A stretch of 63,762 nucleotides of DNA, filler included, from Octopus bimaculoides (Eukaryota): NCBI RefSeq assembly GCF_001194135.2. It is 6 parts of 5 records of this genome, joined end to end, with 100 filler letters (N's around TTAATTAATTAA, not from the genome) between each part and the next. Parts side by side here need not be neighbours in the genome. Positions count along the whole stretch, not along the records: positions 4,421 to 24,791 come from NC_068986.1; positions 24,892 to 29,921 come from NC_069005.1; 4 more parts are not named here. One strand, given 5' to 3'. The notes under the pieces were generated by a model. It did not search any database and had not been told where the DNA came from. It was given only the letters and a program-made list of their open reading frames with translations. Positions 13,395 to 26,656 of this stretch are shown piece by piece. The first letter of the stretch is position 1. Each line of letters starts with the position of its first letter. Both the position numbers and the translations under genes were made by a program.

Positions 13395-13606
13395 CTCATC
13401 ATCATCCTCATCATCCCCCTCCTCCGATCATTATTCTCATCATCATCNNNNNNNNNNNNNNNNNNNNNNNNNNNNNNNNNNNNNNNNNNNNNNNNNNNNN
13501 NNNNNNNNNNNNNNNNNNNNNNNNNNNNNNNNNNCACCACCACCACCACCAACAACATCATCATCATCATCATCGCCACCACCACCACCACCACCACCAC
13601 CAACAC

Positions 13607-13641
<35 letters not shown>

Positions 13642-13646
13642 CCACC

Positions 13647-13679
<33 letters not shown>

Positions 13680-13928
13680 CTCATCATCATCCTCATCATC
13701 CCCCTCCTCCGATCATTATTCTCATCATCATCCTCATCATCATCGTTTTCATCACCAACATTACATGAAATTTTCGATATCTCAGTTGTGGGCCCTGAGC
13801 TTCGGTTTGGCTATCATATGATTTTTACTATCCTGTCATTTCAACGATCTTGTAATATAAACAACAGCAAGTATGATCCTATTTGGCAAGTATGAATTTG
13901 TGCGTTTATATAAATATACGTATATATA

Positions 13929-14055
13929 CATGGTGTCCACAAAGTCTGGGTACACGGGGATTAACATATACTTTCAGAAATTATTATTTATTATATTTAA
14001 TTGTTTATGTTATGATTTTGTTTACTCCGGGTACAGAGACCTTGTGGACACCCTG
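13929..14055. mobile_element. Mini Tc1/mariner MITE, 127 bp
   Basis: TIRs CATGGTGTCCACAAAGTCTGGGTAC and the reverse complement of CAGGGTGTCCACAAGGTCTCTGTAC, with TA on both flanks. Confidence 0.8.
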
Positions 14056-15169
14056 TAGATATGACAATGCGTGAACAGGCGCACATGTCGAAATATTTCG
14101 TTCCTGTCTTTCTCTCTGTCCTTGATGACCGTTCGTTATATGGTTTATTATCATTGCCCATTTGTTATTGTTGGAGGCGGCAGGGAATGAGATGAACATA
14201 CAGATGTAAGCCTTGGTAATATTGCAATCCAGGCAACGAGGCGTGTGTCATCAATCAGCTATCCTTAGAATCCCCAGAGTAACGGATTACCGGACCAGCT
14301 TATATGTGATGTATATGTTTGTGTGAGTGAGTCTGCACGCGGGTGTGCGTCCGTGTGTGTGTGAATGCGTGTTTGTGTATGAGTGTGCTTGTGGGTATAC
14401 ATATATGTGTATGTGTGTGTGTGTATGTGTGTGTGTTTGTTTGTGTGTGATATTAACGTTAAATTGTATTTCTAGTAATTAAAGTCAGAAGCACTTAATG
14501 ACCGTAGAAAACATCATTACTGGTTATTCCAGGTGCAAAACAGGATGTTGTATGGAAAATAGGATATATGGGTGGGTGGGTGTGCATTTGTGTATGTATG
14601 TATATATATATATATATATATANNNNNNNNNNNNNNNNNNNNNNNNNNNNNNNNNNNNNNNNNNNNNNNNNNNNNNNNNNNNNNNNNNNNNNNNNNNNNN
14701 NNNNNNNNNNNNNNNNNNNNNNTATATATATATACTTTTGAATATTGCAGGTCAAGGAATCTTGATATTGAAGTAGTACAAACTGGTGATATGTGGAATT
14801 TTTTTCTTTTGAAATAATAACGTCTGCGTATATGTATGTTTGCTTTCTATGATTTACTGATATTTCCTTTGCAAACTTTGACGTGCGTGAAATGTTCCAT
14901 GTTTTTCTCCGAGGTCATTAATTTAGATTACGATGTTGGGCAGATCTAGCTGAATTTGATTCTCAGTCAATACGATTATGCTGTGTATGTCCGATAAATA
15001 TTACCGATATAAAAAAAAAATATATTAGGAAGTTTTCTTTTTTCTTGTTAATATCTGTAGTGCATGATGCTTTCAATTTATCGTTTAACAATAGTGAATG
15101 ATCTACGTGTTACACGCATCGCGAATTAAAATGTACAGTGTAAGAGATTAAGAGCTATTCCTTTCTGAT

Positions 15170-15900
15170 GACAGCTGCTTAGTTTCTGAGTGCTACCCAC
15201 AGACCTAACTCTCATTACCGGTGATGATCCTCGACATGAACGATGTGTCATTAGTGGCACGCTGACAGAGATCTTGACAGACATCGACATGATTCTCTTT
15301 CTGCTCGGGAGTCAGCAGTCTGTGTGAAATAAGGATTGCCTTCACGGATCCATGCGACAGACCAACAAATTCAGCACTATCGTTTATCATCCTTCGACGA
15401 TGCGTACGCATAAGCTGATGAATTGTTTCCACATCTCCATTGGTGGTGTTGGTTGTGGTAGTGGTGTGTGTATGTGGGTGAGGGAGCGTCATTTGTGCCA
15501 GTTTTTTCCAGATCTTTCATCGTAGTCCCGGCTGGATCTTCTACTTTTGAATTGTTCCATGATAAAATTACAGAATACAGAATAACGTGATCACAAATGC
15601 ACAAATTGCAAAATCTTCTACTTTTGAATTGCTCGTGGTACACGAAACGTTACGGACAACCCATTGCCGCGTCACCGTAAGTTTCCCGAAGCAAGCACAA
15701 TGTTTCTGTAGCAGACTTCCCAAGTTTAACGCAAAATTTTAGGTCTTTGTTCGAAACTCCTATCCATGACTAAATTGCAGACAACAGAAAAACGTGATCA
15801 CAAAGGCACAAATTGCACAAATTGCAAAGTATACACTGCGATGTCACTTGGCACACTGTCTCTGGAACGACACGCAAAATGTCAAATTACAATGTCAAAT
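15170..15900 (-). mobile_element. Mariner (Mos1/SETMAR-like) transposase pseudogene, N-terminal half
   Basis: EFEQR..CVKLGKSATETLCLLRETYGDAAM...HEQFKSRR, then RLLTPEQKENHVDVCQDL...SFMSRIITGNES*VCG*HSETKQLS (cf. IITGDESWVYGYDPETKQQS). Confidence 0.88.
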
Positions 15901-16430
15901 CAAGTGACATTTTAAATTTTGTGGACAACTAAGTTTCCACATATTAGGTACAAGTAGCAGTACCAATGGTCGACCTATGAATACGTTTAGGCTTGCTAAC
16001 TCAGAAGTGATATTTATCAAAGCACATCAATCAATATATACCTAGCAAATTCTATCTAACAGTATCTAATACGCAACTATTTACAATGCTACAAAATGCA
16101 GGGCTAACATGTCTGTTCCCACAGGACTTCTGGGATACTGAGATTCGTATGACTTCAATGAGTATAGAATAAATAGATTTAAAACAATAACCTGCGTTCA
16201 TTCACAGTTTGCCGTGAATAAGATAAATGAATGGATAACTTCCGTTTTGAAACAATGGCTGTCAGAAACATATTAAATTTTCATCCTATCTTCTGCAACT
16301 CTCCTGATATCAGACAAGCTAATTCTAATCATATTATTCACTAAGGTCGTGAAATAACACTAGTAAGTTATATAATATGGAACGAAAAATAACCAAATTA
16401 TCGTGTGAATCTGTAAAGTGTGTTCTTAAT

Positions 16431-16474
<44 letters not shown>

Positions 16475-17340
16475 NNNNNNNNNNNNNNNNNNNNNNNNNN
16501 NNNNNNNNNNNNNNNNNNNNNNNNNNNNNNNNNNNNNNNNNNNNNNNNNNNNNNNNNNNNNNNNNNNNNNNNNNNNNNNNNNNNNNNNNNNNNNNNNNNN
16601 NNNNNNNNNNNNNNNNNNNNNNNNNNNNNNNNNNNNNNNNNNNNNNNNNNNNNNNNNNNNNNNNNNNNNNNNNNNNNNNNNNNNNNNNNNNNNNNNNNNN
16701 NNNNNNNNNNNNNNNNNNNNNNNNNNNNNNNNNNNNNNNNNNNNNNNNNNNNNNNNNNNNNNNNNNNNNNNNNNNNNNNNNNNNNNNNNNNNNNNNNNNN
16801 NNNNNNNNNNNNNNNNNNNNNNNNNNNNNNNNNNNNNNNNNNNNNNNNNNNNNNNNNNNNNNNNNNNNNNNNNNNNNNNNNNNNNNNNNNNNNNNNNNNN
16901 NNNNNNNNNNNNNNNNNNNNNNNNNNNNNNNNNNNNNNNNNNNNNNNNNNNNNNNNNNNNNNNNNNNNNNNNNNNNNNNNNNNNNNNNNNNNNNNNNNNN
17001 NNNNNNNNNNNNNNNNNNNNNNNNNNNNNNNNNNNNNNNNNNNNNNNNNNNNNNNNNNNNNNNNNNNNNNNNNNNNNNNNNNNNNNNNNNNNNNNNNNNN
17101 NNNNNNNNNNNNNNNNNNNNNNNNNNNNNNNNNNNNNNNNNNNNNNNNNNNNNNNNNNNNNNNNNNNNNNNNNNNNNNNNNNNNNNNNNNNNNNNNNNNN
17201 NNNNNNNNNNNNNNNNNNNNNNNNNNNNNNNNNNNNNNNNNNNNNNNNNNNNNNNNNNNNNNNNNNNNNNNNNNNNNNNNNNNNNNNNNNNNNNNNNNNN
17301 NNNNNNNTTATCGTGTGAATCTGTAAAGTGTGTTCTTAAT

Positions 17341-17373
<33 letters not shown>

Positions 17374-18489
17374 TGATATTGTTACATATTGATAAGTGCC
17401 AACGCACGAATCACACTGACTTAGAGTCCCTATGTTACGTGTAAATATTGATAAGAATATACATATATTTATATTTTGAGTACAGTCTATCGATTTGCAT
17501 TAACATATGTATATATATATATATGGGTGGATATGTGTGTGTGTGTGGGGTATGTGTGTGTGTGTGTAGGAGGATAATTTTATAACTTCGTTAAACTGAA
17601 ATTCAATTTCGTTAAAACCGAAGAGATTTCAGCTGGAAGTGCTCAGTTGACACCGGGGCGAAAGGAGAAATAAATTGAAAGGTATAAATGAATAAACTCT
17701 CCATTCGGTCAAAACTTTATATCATTCTCAAATTATCAAAAGTCGAATATAAATATATATTATAATAATAGAGCACCCAATGGTAAACGCAATAGTATAA
17801 AATATGCACACATAGACTAATAAAAGGTGATACAACCTAAGCTGGTATATATTTTCTTTATTTGACTCCACTCGTATTAATCTTTTAGATTTTATCACAT
17901 TGTATCTGTGTATATGTGTATATTTTATACTATTGGGTTTTATCGTTGGGTGTCCTGTTATTTTAATATATATTTATATACAATTTTTGATAATTTGTGA
18001 ATGATATAAAGTTATTTTGACCGATTGGAGTGTTTATTCATTATACATTTTATCATAATGAGTCACTCAACCGTTAGTGACATAGAGGTGGTTAGAATCC
18101 TTCACAAGATCTCGTTTTTTTTTTCAGAATTAGTCTCCCCTAACCTCACTCCATTTGAGAATTAATCTCCGCTTAAAGTTTTAATATTTCTTATGTTTAC
18201 GGTTCAATACCAGAGTTTTTCAGATCTTATTCATTTTCTTGTGCTAGAACGTGTTGCTTCAAATTGTTTGGATGTCGGTAAATCAAACATGCCGTATAGT
18301 ACTTCCGTGGGGATTTCATTTCGGTAACTATTTCCTTTTCTATGGATCTTTTCTTAAGTTGATATGTATTTTATGTTCGACATGTTTTTCCTTTTACCAG
18401 GAATACCATTCTTCCAATTTGTTTAATAATTCGACCGTTCACCTAGCTTTCTTTACTATATTTCTAGGCCTAGAACAAAATTTTTCACC

Positions 18490-18634
18490 TGATTTACATT
18501 ACTTAGATTTCACGGATATTTGTTCTCATCTTTTTGTTGTTAATACAACGCTTCGACTGATATACCCTCCAGCATTCATCAGGTGTCTTGGGGAAATTTC
18601 GAACCTGGGTTCTCATTCCTAAGGTCTTTTTCCA

Positions 18635-18702
<68 letters not shown>

Positions 18703-19500
18703 NNNNNNNNNNNNNNNNNNNNNNNNNNNNNNNNNNNNNNNNNNNNNNNNNNNNNNNNNNNNNNNNNNNNNNNNNNNNNNNNNNNNNNNNNNNNNNNNNN
18801 NNNNNNNNNNNNNNNNNNNNNNNNNNNNNNNNNNNNNNNNNNNNNNNNNNNNNNNNNNNNNNNNNNNNNNNNNNNNNNNNNNNNNNNNNNNNNNNNNNNN
18901 NNNNNNNNNNNNNNNNNNNNNNNNNNNNNNNNNNNNNNNNNNNNNNNNNNNNNNNNNNNNNNNNNNNNNNNNNNNNNNNNNNNNNNNNNNNNNNNNNNNN
19001 NNNNNNNNNNNNNNNNNNNNNNNNNNNNNNNNNNNNNNNNNNNNNNNNNNNNNNNNNNNNNNNNNNNNNNNNNNNNNNNNNNNNNNNNNNNNNNNNNNNN
19101 NNNNNNNNNNNNNNNNNNNNNNNNNNNNNNNNNNNNNNNNNNNNNNNNNNNNNNNNNNNNNNNNNNNNNNNNNNNNNNNNNNNNNNNNNNNNNNNNNNNN
19201 NNNNNNNNNNNNNNNNNNNNNNNNNNNNNNNNNNNNNNNNNNNNNNNNNNNNNNNNNNNNNNNNNNNNNNNNNNNNNNNNNNNNNNNNNNNNNNNNNNNN
19301 NNNNNNNNNNNNNNNNNNNNNNNNNNNNNNNNNNNNNNNNNNNNNNNNNNNNNNNNNNNNNNNNNNNNNNNNNNNNNNNNNNNNNNNNNNNNNNNNNNNN
19401 NNNNNNNNNNNNNNNNNNNNNNNNNNNNNNNNNNNNNNNNNNNNNNNNNNNNNNNNNTAGTAGCCTGCGCTCTTAACCACTACGCCATATGCTAGTGGGC
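18490..19500 (-). mobile_element. Putative SINE: tRNA-like head, (AAT)n, hammerhead-like tail (interrupted by an N gap)
   Basis: Head ATGGCGTAGTGGTTAAGAGCGC (19457-19500, A-box-like), (AAT)n at 18635-18702, tail with ACAC-CTGATGA...CGAAGCGTT-GTAT. Confidence 0.55.
18543..18587 (-). ncRNA. Degenerate minimal hammerhead motif
   Basis: GACAC-CUGAUGA-A-UGCUG[GAGGGUAUAU]CAGUC-GAAG-CGUU^GUAUU. A15.1 is G and the 10.1-11.1 pair is broken, so this copy is probably inactive. Confidence 0.5.
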
Positions 19501-19509
19501 TACCGTATA

Positions 19510-20420
19510 CCGTGACGTAGTTGTTGGGCTTTTTCTAATTTTGCTAATATCCTAGAAGTTATGTTTGTATGTTTGCGTGCAGTAAGTCTTTGAGCAAAAA
19601 TTAAACACTTGAACATGTCCAAGGTCAACTACTTCAATTTGACTTGATCACACTTTCTTTTAACAACTCCGGCAGAGGTGACGAAATCATTTATTCTTTT
19701 TACCAAACTTAAACATTGCCAGTGAGCATTGAGCAGGGAACTTGATTCACAGAAAATTTGCGATAAAAAATTAAATATGTCATCGACACAAATCTCACCT
19801 GGATTCTTCAGCAAAATATATTTGTTATATATTTCGTATTGGCAAGGAATAACTTTCTTAGAAGTAGTCGTACTTTTTTATCAACGGACCAACTTTGATA
19901 TTCTTCTTTGTATCTTCGAAAATATACTGAGAAGGTATAACCTTCTGGATTATAGCTGAATCTTTCAGTTGAGTTTGCTAAGCTAAAGTATCTTCAGACT
20001 TTTTCTGCATACATTCCAGCAACCGTTGCTTTTGTTGTTGTTGCTGTTGCAGCTAGTGCTCCTGCTGTCCCTGTTGCAACTGCACCACAAAGGCAAATGA
20101 ATTCTATATGTTAAAAGGAATCTTCCTTTGGCTTCGTACCACACACCCCGACAAAAATAAAAATGATACGTCTAAGGTAAGCTTCGAACAACTCATCGTC
20201 ACCTTTAGATCGTAGAGTTGGATATTGAATTTACAAAGCTGGCGCAATACATTTACTATTACACGAGATTCAACGCTCTCAATCAACAGATCACAGTGCA
20301 CTGCTTACTCCTTCTGCTCTGTCATTCACTCGGAGTTCTTTATGTTATAACAACGAGTAAATCTATCTTTAGTCACATGGGGGTGGACGGAAACCTTCTA
20401 GAACGCACATATATAGATAT
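19510..20420 (-). mobile_element. Ty3/gypsy (K02A2.6-like) LTR retrotransposon 5' remnant: LTR, PBS-like site, gag
   Basis: Gag-like PGEICVDDIF...SSLLNAHWQCLSLVK..DFVTSAGVVKRKCDQVKLK*LTLDMFKCLIFAQRLTA. PBS-like GGTGACGA near 20196-20203 on the minus strand. Confidence 0.75.
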
Positions 20421-21828
20421 ATATATATATATATATATGCAATGTTATTAACAGTTCCAATACGCAAATAGGACGTTGAGATTCGTAAGCCTGTCATTCA
20501 CTGTATTTTCATGGAGGAAATTTCTCGCTGTAGACAAAATGCTGTCGATACACCCATATCGGTGCTTAGCGCTCCAGCCCCATGGTTTAATTACGATGAG
20601 CTGTCGATTGACTGGAATAAACATGAAAAAGATTGTGTCTCCTATAATTTCGCAGCACACTGCCAGGTGTCTATGACTGGAAACGAGATAATCTGTCCGA
20701 AATGCTTGCATCTCATAGTCTGGATAGTTGGTGGTGTATGCAAATTTGGTTGCATTTATACCATTTGTCTACTGCAAGAAATTTTCTCCATGACAGAACA
20801 CAGTGTATGTCTTGTTTACAAGTCCGAACGTGCTATTAGCATATCTTTCTCTGTCTAACTCTTCTTCTCTCTCTCCCTCTCTGTCATTCCTTCTGACTCT
20901 CTCTCTCTGTCTCTATCTCTCTCGCACGCCATACATCAAATAAAGAATGACGTTTTCTTCCGGAACAATAAGACAATATGGCCCGTTACACGGATTTATG
21001 TTGTATATATTCCTTCTCTCACAAAAGACGCTGGTCCGTCGCAGGATTACACATCTTTACCAACCGAATGGAAAGGGACAACATGAGACGAAGTGTTTTG
21101 GCCAAGAATACAATGCATCTCCCCGTCTTGGAATCGAAACATCTACAACAACAATGAAGGCAACAAAACAATAAATAAATAATGTGCTTAAACGTCAACC
21201 CGCCAAACAAGACAGCAACAACTTCCTCCTCGACACTTACATACGTACACACATATATGCATACAAACATAGATACATACTAACAAATAAACATAATCTG
21301 CATAAGTTTAGATTTGCAGAAAAAATTAATCCAACTGATTCCCACATTACAAATACAATTTGTAAATGGAACAGTAAATTTATGCGAGACTTTTCTCAGG
21401 TTTCAAATGTGATATTGATTTTGTTATCTACAGTCCAAAGATGGAGATGTGTATCTTTGTTAGAAACCGTCTCCTTCGTCAGAAGAAGAATTTAAATGAT
21501 TAAAAACAGAAATGATATACGTATATAGATACATACATACGCACACATATACATACATGCATAAATACAGGCACATATACATACATACATAAATACAGGC
21601 ATATATAAATATATATATATATGTATGTATATANNNNNNNNNNNNNNNNNNNNNNNNNNNNNNNNNNNNNNNNNNNNNNNNNNNNNNNNNNNNNNNNNNN
21701 NNNNNNNNNNNNNNNNNNNNNNNNNNNNNNNNNNNNNNNNNNNNNNNNNNNNNNNNNNNNNNNNNNNNNNNNNNNNNNNNNNNNNNNNNNNNNNNNNNNN
21801 NNNTATATATATATATATATATATATAT

Positions 21829-21879
<51 letters not shown>

Positions 21880-22774
21880 TATAGATAGATAAATGTACTT
21901 CCGGTTTCGTATGTTACAGACATGTTTTCCTGTGCTCCTGAAAAGCCGTAACAAATATTAAAAAAAAAACAGTAAACTGATCAGAGAAGTATACTAAAAT
22001 ACAATAGATCTGTAAAATTACGAGATATTTGAAATCACTAACATAAATACACTGATCAGAAAGAATCTTCGACAAAACACGAAGTCAAAACATCGCTGTT
22101 TCTTCGATCAAGAACTCCTCCCAAGCACTTACGGAACTTCCCCCACGTGCTTGCGGGAAAGTAGAGAACATTCCTGAGATCCATCACAACTTTAAGAAAA
22201 ACTCGAGATAACATAAGATAAGTATACGTGCATTTTCTATAATCAAATTAACGATAGGTCCCGAAGAAAGGTTATAAGTTATCGATTCTCACTTTCTGTA
22301 TTTTGTTTTTTTGTTTCTGACCTATCCGACGACATTTTCTATTTCCATTTTCTTTTCTTTCCTTTTCTTCTCTCCTTTGTTTATATATTTTTGTTTCTTA
22401 CAACGTCTGATAAATACTGGCTTTCTATTTCTTTTAACCCGTTCGTTTATTTTGGTTAAACTTTTGGTAAGCGTTTCGTCTCTATTCGAATAATTCATTT
22501 TCTTTCAGGATCTTACAAAACAATAACAAAACAAACCAGGCTGGAATATATATATCTCATGCAACTTCCACTTTGTTTTCTCTCAATCACTTTGATCGTA
22601 TTTGCATAAATATATATTTTCTCCTCTCACTTACAAACGATACATCTCCAACTCTCTCTTTTTCCTAGAATCAATCTATATCTAGTCTCTCTTTCTCCCC
22701 TCTCTCTCACACTTTCTCTAAATATATTTACTGACTTCCTCTCTCACGTGAACCCTAGCGATACATATTCATCA

Positions 22775-22777
<3 letters not shown>

Positions 22778-22852
<75 letters not shown>
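22778..22852. repeat. (CT)n microsatellite within a pyrimidine-rich tract
   Basis: Direct observation. Confidence 0.95.
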
Positions 22853-22853
<1 letters not shown>

Positions 22854-23179
22854 GCCCTCATTCACTTTCTCCAAATATATATATTTTTCCTCTCTCTTTA
22901 TTCCCCTCTCTCTCACTCCTACTTACCCCCTCCTCTACCTCCATCCACTCAAACCTAAAACCCAATCCCCCAACGTTACCTGCCCATCCTCTGCCCTGCA
23001 TACCTATCCTATCCTCATCTCTGCTTCCCTCTCAATTTCCTCTCTGCCCCTTTTCTGCCTCAATTTGCCTGGCTATCCCCAAACATCTCCACCGTCACCC
23101 GCTTTGATCTCTTCCTACTCCAGCTCGTTCCCCCTCCCCTACCACACTTGTCACTCCCCTCCACGCAATCTCCCATCGC

Positions 23180-24485
23180 ACCTCTGATTTCTCCATACTT
23201 GCACACTCCAGCACAGTCATATACCACAAGGAAGATGACAAGAAACTGGAAGTCTACAGATATACGATCGTTCCTACGTAATGGGAAATTGCAGAAGGCG
23301 ATTGGTCAAATAATTAGATTAGAGCTACGCTGAAGAGCAATGGTTTCTCCAGATCAGTGGCACAATTAGAGTGGAAGAAGAATGAGTTCATCCGATCTTA
23401 TGCGCTCATACGGCTAACCTGGCGAGAAAAATGACACTACCTGTGAGAAACCTCACACAAAAAAAACACGAGTTAAAACGCTGAACATGGAAGGAAACGA
23501 GCTAAAATGTGAACAACTACAGGACCAACACTTCCCAAAGTAGCAATGTAGAAACAGAAAAGAAGACTCAACACAAAAGCCAAGTGAAAATGATTATAAA
23601 ATAAAACAAAAACAAATCAGACCCTTTCAGAGAATAAGGTCTGCCTGCAAGTTCCACAAAAATGGTATCTGCAGACATTGAGAGATTGGGACAAACTGCT
23701 GCTTTGCGCACACAGGGCTGGAGCAAAATCCACCACTCACCCAATGAAGGAAACAACCACACTTAGAAAATTCTACATCCCTGCACAAACCTGCCGAAAA
23801 AGGGCAAGACAGAAGTCATATGCAACTACAATAGAAGATGCAGCGTTTGAGCAAGAATATTTTTTATGTGTGGTACAAGGAATAGGTCAACGGTTGTCAT
23901 GGCTACAGTCAAAGCTTAGCTGTGTACCCTCGAGCACAAGACCGCCATAATTGATGGATACCGGTTCGCCGACACTGCCACCAAACAACTCAACCCACCA
24001 AAACAAAATATAATTTATACTGATGAATATAAGCGGGCTGCCGCAGAACAACAGCAAATGCAAAATAGAGTACCAGAAGAAACTTTCTGCATGTAATGAA
24101 GCGATATTCCTTGAACTTACAGAAACACATCTCTCTGCAGACATAGGTGATGCGGATGTAAACACCAATGTCTACTATCTTCCGTACAGACAGACGAAAA
24201 AGAAGTCACAGTGGAGTCACAATGTACATCCTAGAAGATGTCACATCATAAAACCTGTTATCGAACTCGAACTCGAACTCAGTGTGTGACACACTCATGG
24301 TACATCTAAAGCAACTTTACATAGTGATATGAACACTATATCGCCTACCTGATGCCTCAAATCAGGATGGAAACGTTAAGGATAGCCTCAGTGCAAAAAG
24401 GAAGTGCTAACGGAATTGGATCAACGTACTATTATATTCCTAATAGGTGACCTCAACTTCCCCGACATCAGGTGATCTGAGTGCA
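23180..24485 (+). mobile_element. CR1/L2-like LINE 5' remnant (Cys/His ORF1 and AP-type endonuclease)
   Basis: MNISGL....CKIEY...IFLELTETHLSADIGDA, then IYRLPDA and IGDLNFPDIRW-like motifs. Upstream Cys/His-rich ORF1 fragments. Many stops. Confidence 0.7.
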
Positions 24486-24891
24486 CTATAACTCCAGGAA
24501 TGACGCAAAAAGAGTAAAATCAAGCAGAATCTCTACTTCATCTCACGATAATGCTGAACAGACCATACAAAGAAGGACAGAAAAAAACGAGTACAGGTCA
24601 TTCGGAGTTTCTTATATTCAGTCGAGTTCTAGATCGTCGTTGCAGTTTCGGATGTTTATACTTGTGACTGCTCCAAGTGAATGCATACGTAAACAAGGAC
24701 GAAAACAAAACAGAGAAATGGTGTACACAATTACACAATTAGAAATACAAATAACAGGATATTAACAACAGGTGTAGTTATATATATATATNNNNNNNNN
24801 NNNNNNNNNNNNNNNNNNNNNNNNNNNNNNNNNNNTTAATTAATTAANNNNNNNNNNNNNNNNNNNNNNNNNNNNNNNNNNNNNNNNNNNN

Positions 24892-24944
<53 letters not shown>

Positions 24945-24947
<3 letters not shown>

Positions 24948-25140
24948 ATCTCCATCATCATTTAACGTCCCTTTTTCCACCCTGGCATGGGTTGGACAGT
25001 TTGACAGGATCTGACAGTCTCAAGGATTGCATTGTGCTCCAAGGTCTGCTTTAGTAGGGTTTCAACAGCTGGATGCCCTTCCTAACACCAACCACTTCAC
25101 AGCATGTACAGGGTGCTTTTTATGTGGCACCTGCACTACT
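24945..25140 (-). mobile_element. SINE family C tail
   Basis: Reverse complement of ggcatccagctg...ccaacccatgccagggtggaaaa.ggacgttaaatgatgatg. Confidence 0.75.
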
Positions 25141-25339
25141 GGGGTTGCCATGCAGCTTTCAAGACTGAACTCTGCGTGGGGAGGGGGAACTTTATGCAAG
25201 GAGAATAAGGAGGGGTAAGGTGTGAGGGAAAGGGCCAAAGTAGAACAGGTTTCTTGTTACAGAGGAGGGGGGACATTACTAATTGTATTTGAAAGAGAAG
25301 CTGGAAGTAGAGGGGGGATCTGAAAAATGATATAAATAT

Positions 25340-25559
25340 GAAGACAGAGAGAGAGAGACAGACAGACAGACAGATAGAGACAGAGAGAGACAGAGAGATA
25401 GACACAGAGAGAGACAGACAGACAGATAGAGACAGAGAGATAGACAGAGATATAGATAGACACGTAGACAGAGAGAGACAGAGAGAGAGAGACACAGAGA
25501 GACAGAAAGAGACAGATAGATAGACAGAGAGAGATAGAAAGATAGACACAGAGAGGGAC

Positions 25560-25598
<39 letters not shown>

Positions 25599-25625
25599 CA
25601 GGCAGACAGACAGATAGACAGGCAG
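25340..25625. repeat. Compound (GA)n/(GACA)n/(GATA)n repeat in an AAAS intron
   Basis: Direct observation. Confidence 0.9.
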
Positions 25626-25858
25626 ACAGTTAGGTCCATCCATACTCTCTATATGTAGACAGGTACGTTACACATACTCTCTGACACCATAAATGTTTCT
25701 GAAGAGTTGTTCAGCCCTTGACCTTGCAATAAATCACTGATCCGATAGGTTAATGAGGTTAACGACCTGTTATCTCATTAAGCTTTTTCATATCTGCAAT
25801 GTTTTTTTTTTCTTTTTTTAAATGAGTGAAAAGAAAAGAAAAAGACAAAGAAACAAAC

Positions 25859-25979
25859 CATGATAGCAGTGTCAATGGGTGAAGCTGAGAGCAAAAGGTC
25901 ACCACTTGGACTCCAGCCTAAACTGGACACTGGAGAATGGTGGTCTTGTTGCAGAATCTGAACGCAACTGGCCGATGGT
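25859..25979 (-). CDS. AAAS: Aladin internal exon, 121 nt, phase 2/0
   Basis: Acceptor ttgcttgcag|A and donor ATG|gtttgt. Translates PSASCVQILQQDHHSPVSSLGWSPSGDLLLSASPIDTAIM versus human [40 protein letters not shown]. Confidence 0.95.
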
Positions 25980-26016
25980 CTGCAAGCAAAAATAAAAACA
26001 GGTTGAATTAATAGTA

Positions 26017-26375
26017 GAGGAGGTAGTGGCAGTGGTGAGGGTGGAAGTGGCAATGGTGGTGGTGAGGACGGTGATGATAGTGTCGGTGGTCGTGGTGGTG
26101 AAGGTGGTTGTGAGGATGGCGATGGCTGCAGTAGTGATGGTGATAATGGTGGTGGTGGTTGTGAAGAGGGTGGTGATGGTGGGGGTGGTGATGGTGGTAG
26201 TAGTGGTAGTGTTGATGGTAATGGTGGTAGTGGCTGGGTGGTGGTGGTGAGGTTGGTGATGGTAGCGACAATGGTATTGATGATGGTGATGGTATAGTGG
26301 TGGTAGTAGTATTAGTAGCTGCGGTGGTCGTAGTAGTAGTAGTAGTAGCACTAGCTGTTGTGGTGGTACCAGTGG
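26017..26375. repeat. Degenerate (GTG/GAT/GTA)n trinucleotide tract in an AAAS intron
   Basis: Direct observation. Source of the spurious poly-T/H/V ORFs. Confidence 0.9.
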
Positions 26376-26459
26376 CAATGCAGAATCATTTTGATCCGCA
26401 AAACAGAAGATTCGGGGTTCATATAAGAAAAATGGTAATATTATTGAAGATTATTAGAG

Positions 26460-26618
26460 TAGGCGTAGGAGTGGCTGTGTGGTAAGTAGCTTGCTTACCA
26501 ACCACATGGTTCCGGGTTCAGTCCCACTGCGTGACACCTTGGGCAAGTGTCTTCTACTATAGCCTCGGGTCAACCAAAGCCTTGTGAGTGGATTTGGTAG
26601 ACAGAAACTGAAAGAAGC

Positions 26619-26656
<38 letters not shown>

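Noticed and set aside
13307-13745. Duplicated (CAT/CAC)n block and Ser/Pro-rich ORFs
   Set aside because: Low-complexity sequence duplicated across a gap; likely an artefact and not coding.
16398-17372. Direct repeat that could look like LTRs or a TSD
   Set aside because: The same sequence lies on both sides of an N gap and ends in (TA)n; an assembly overlap.
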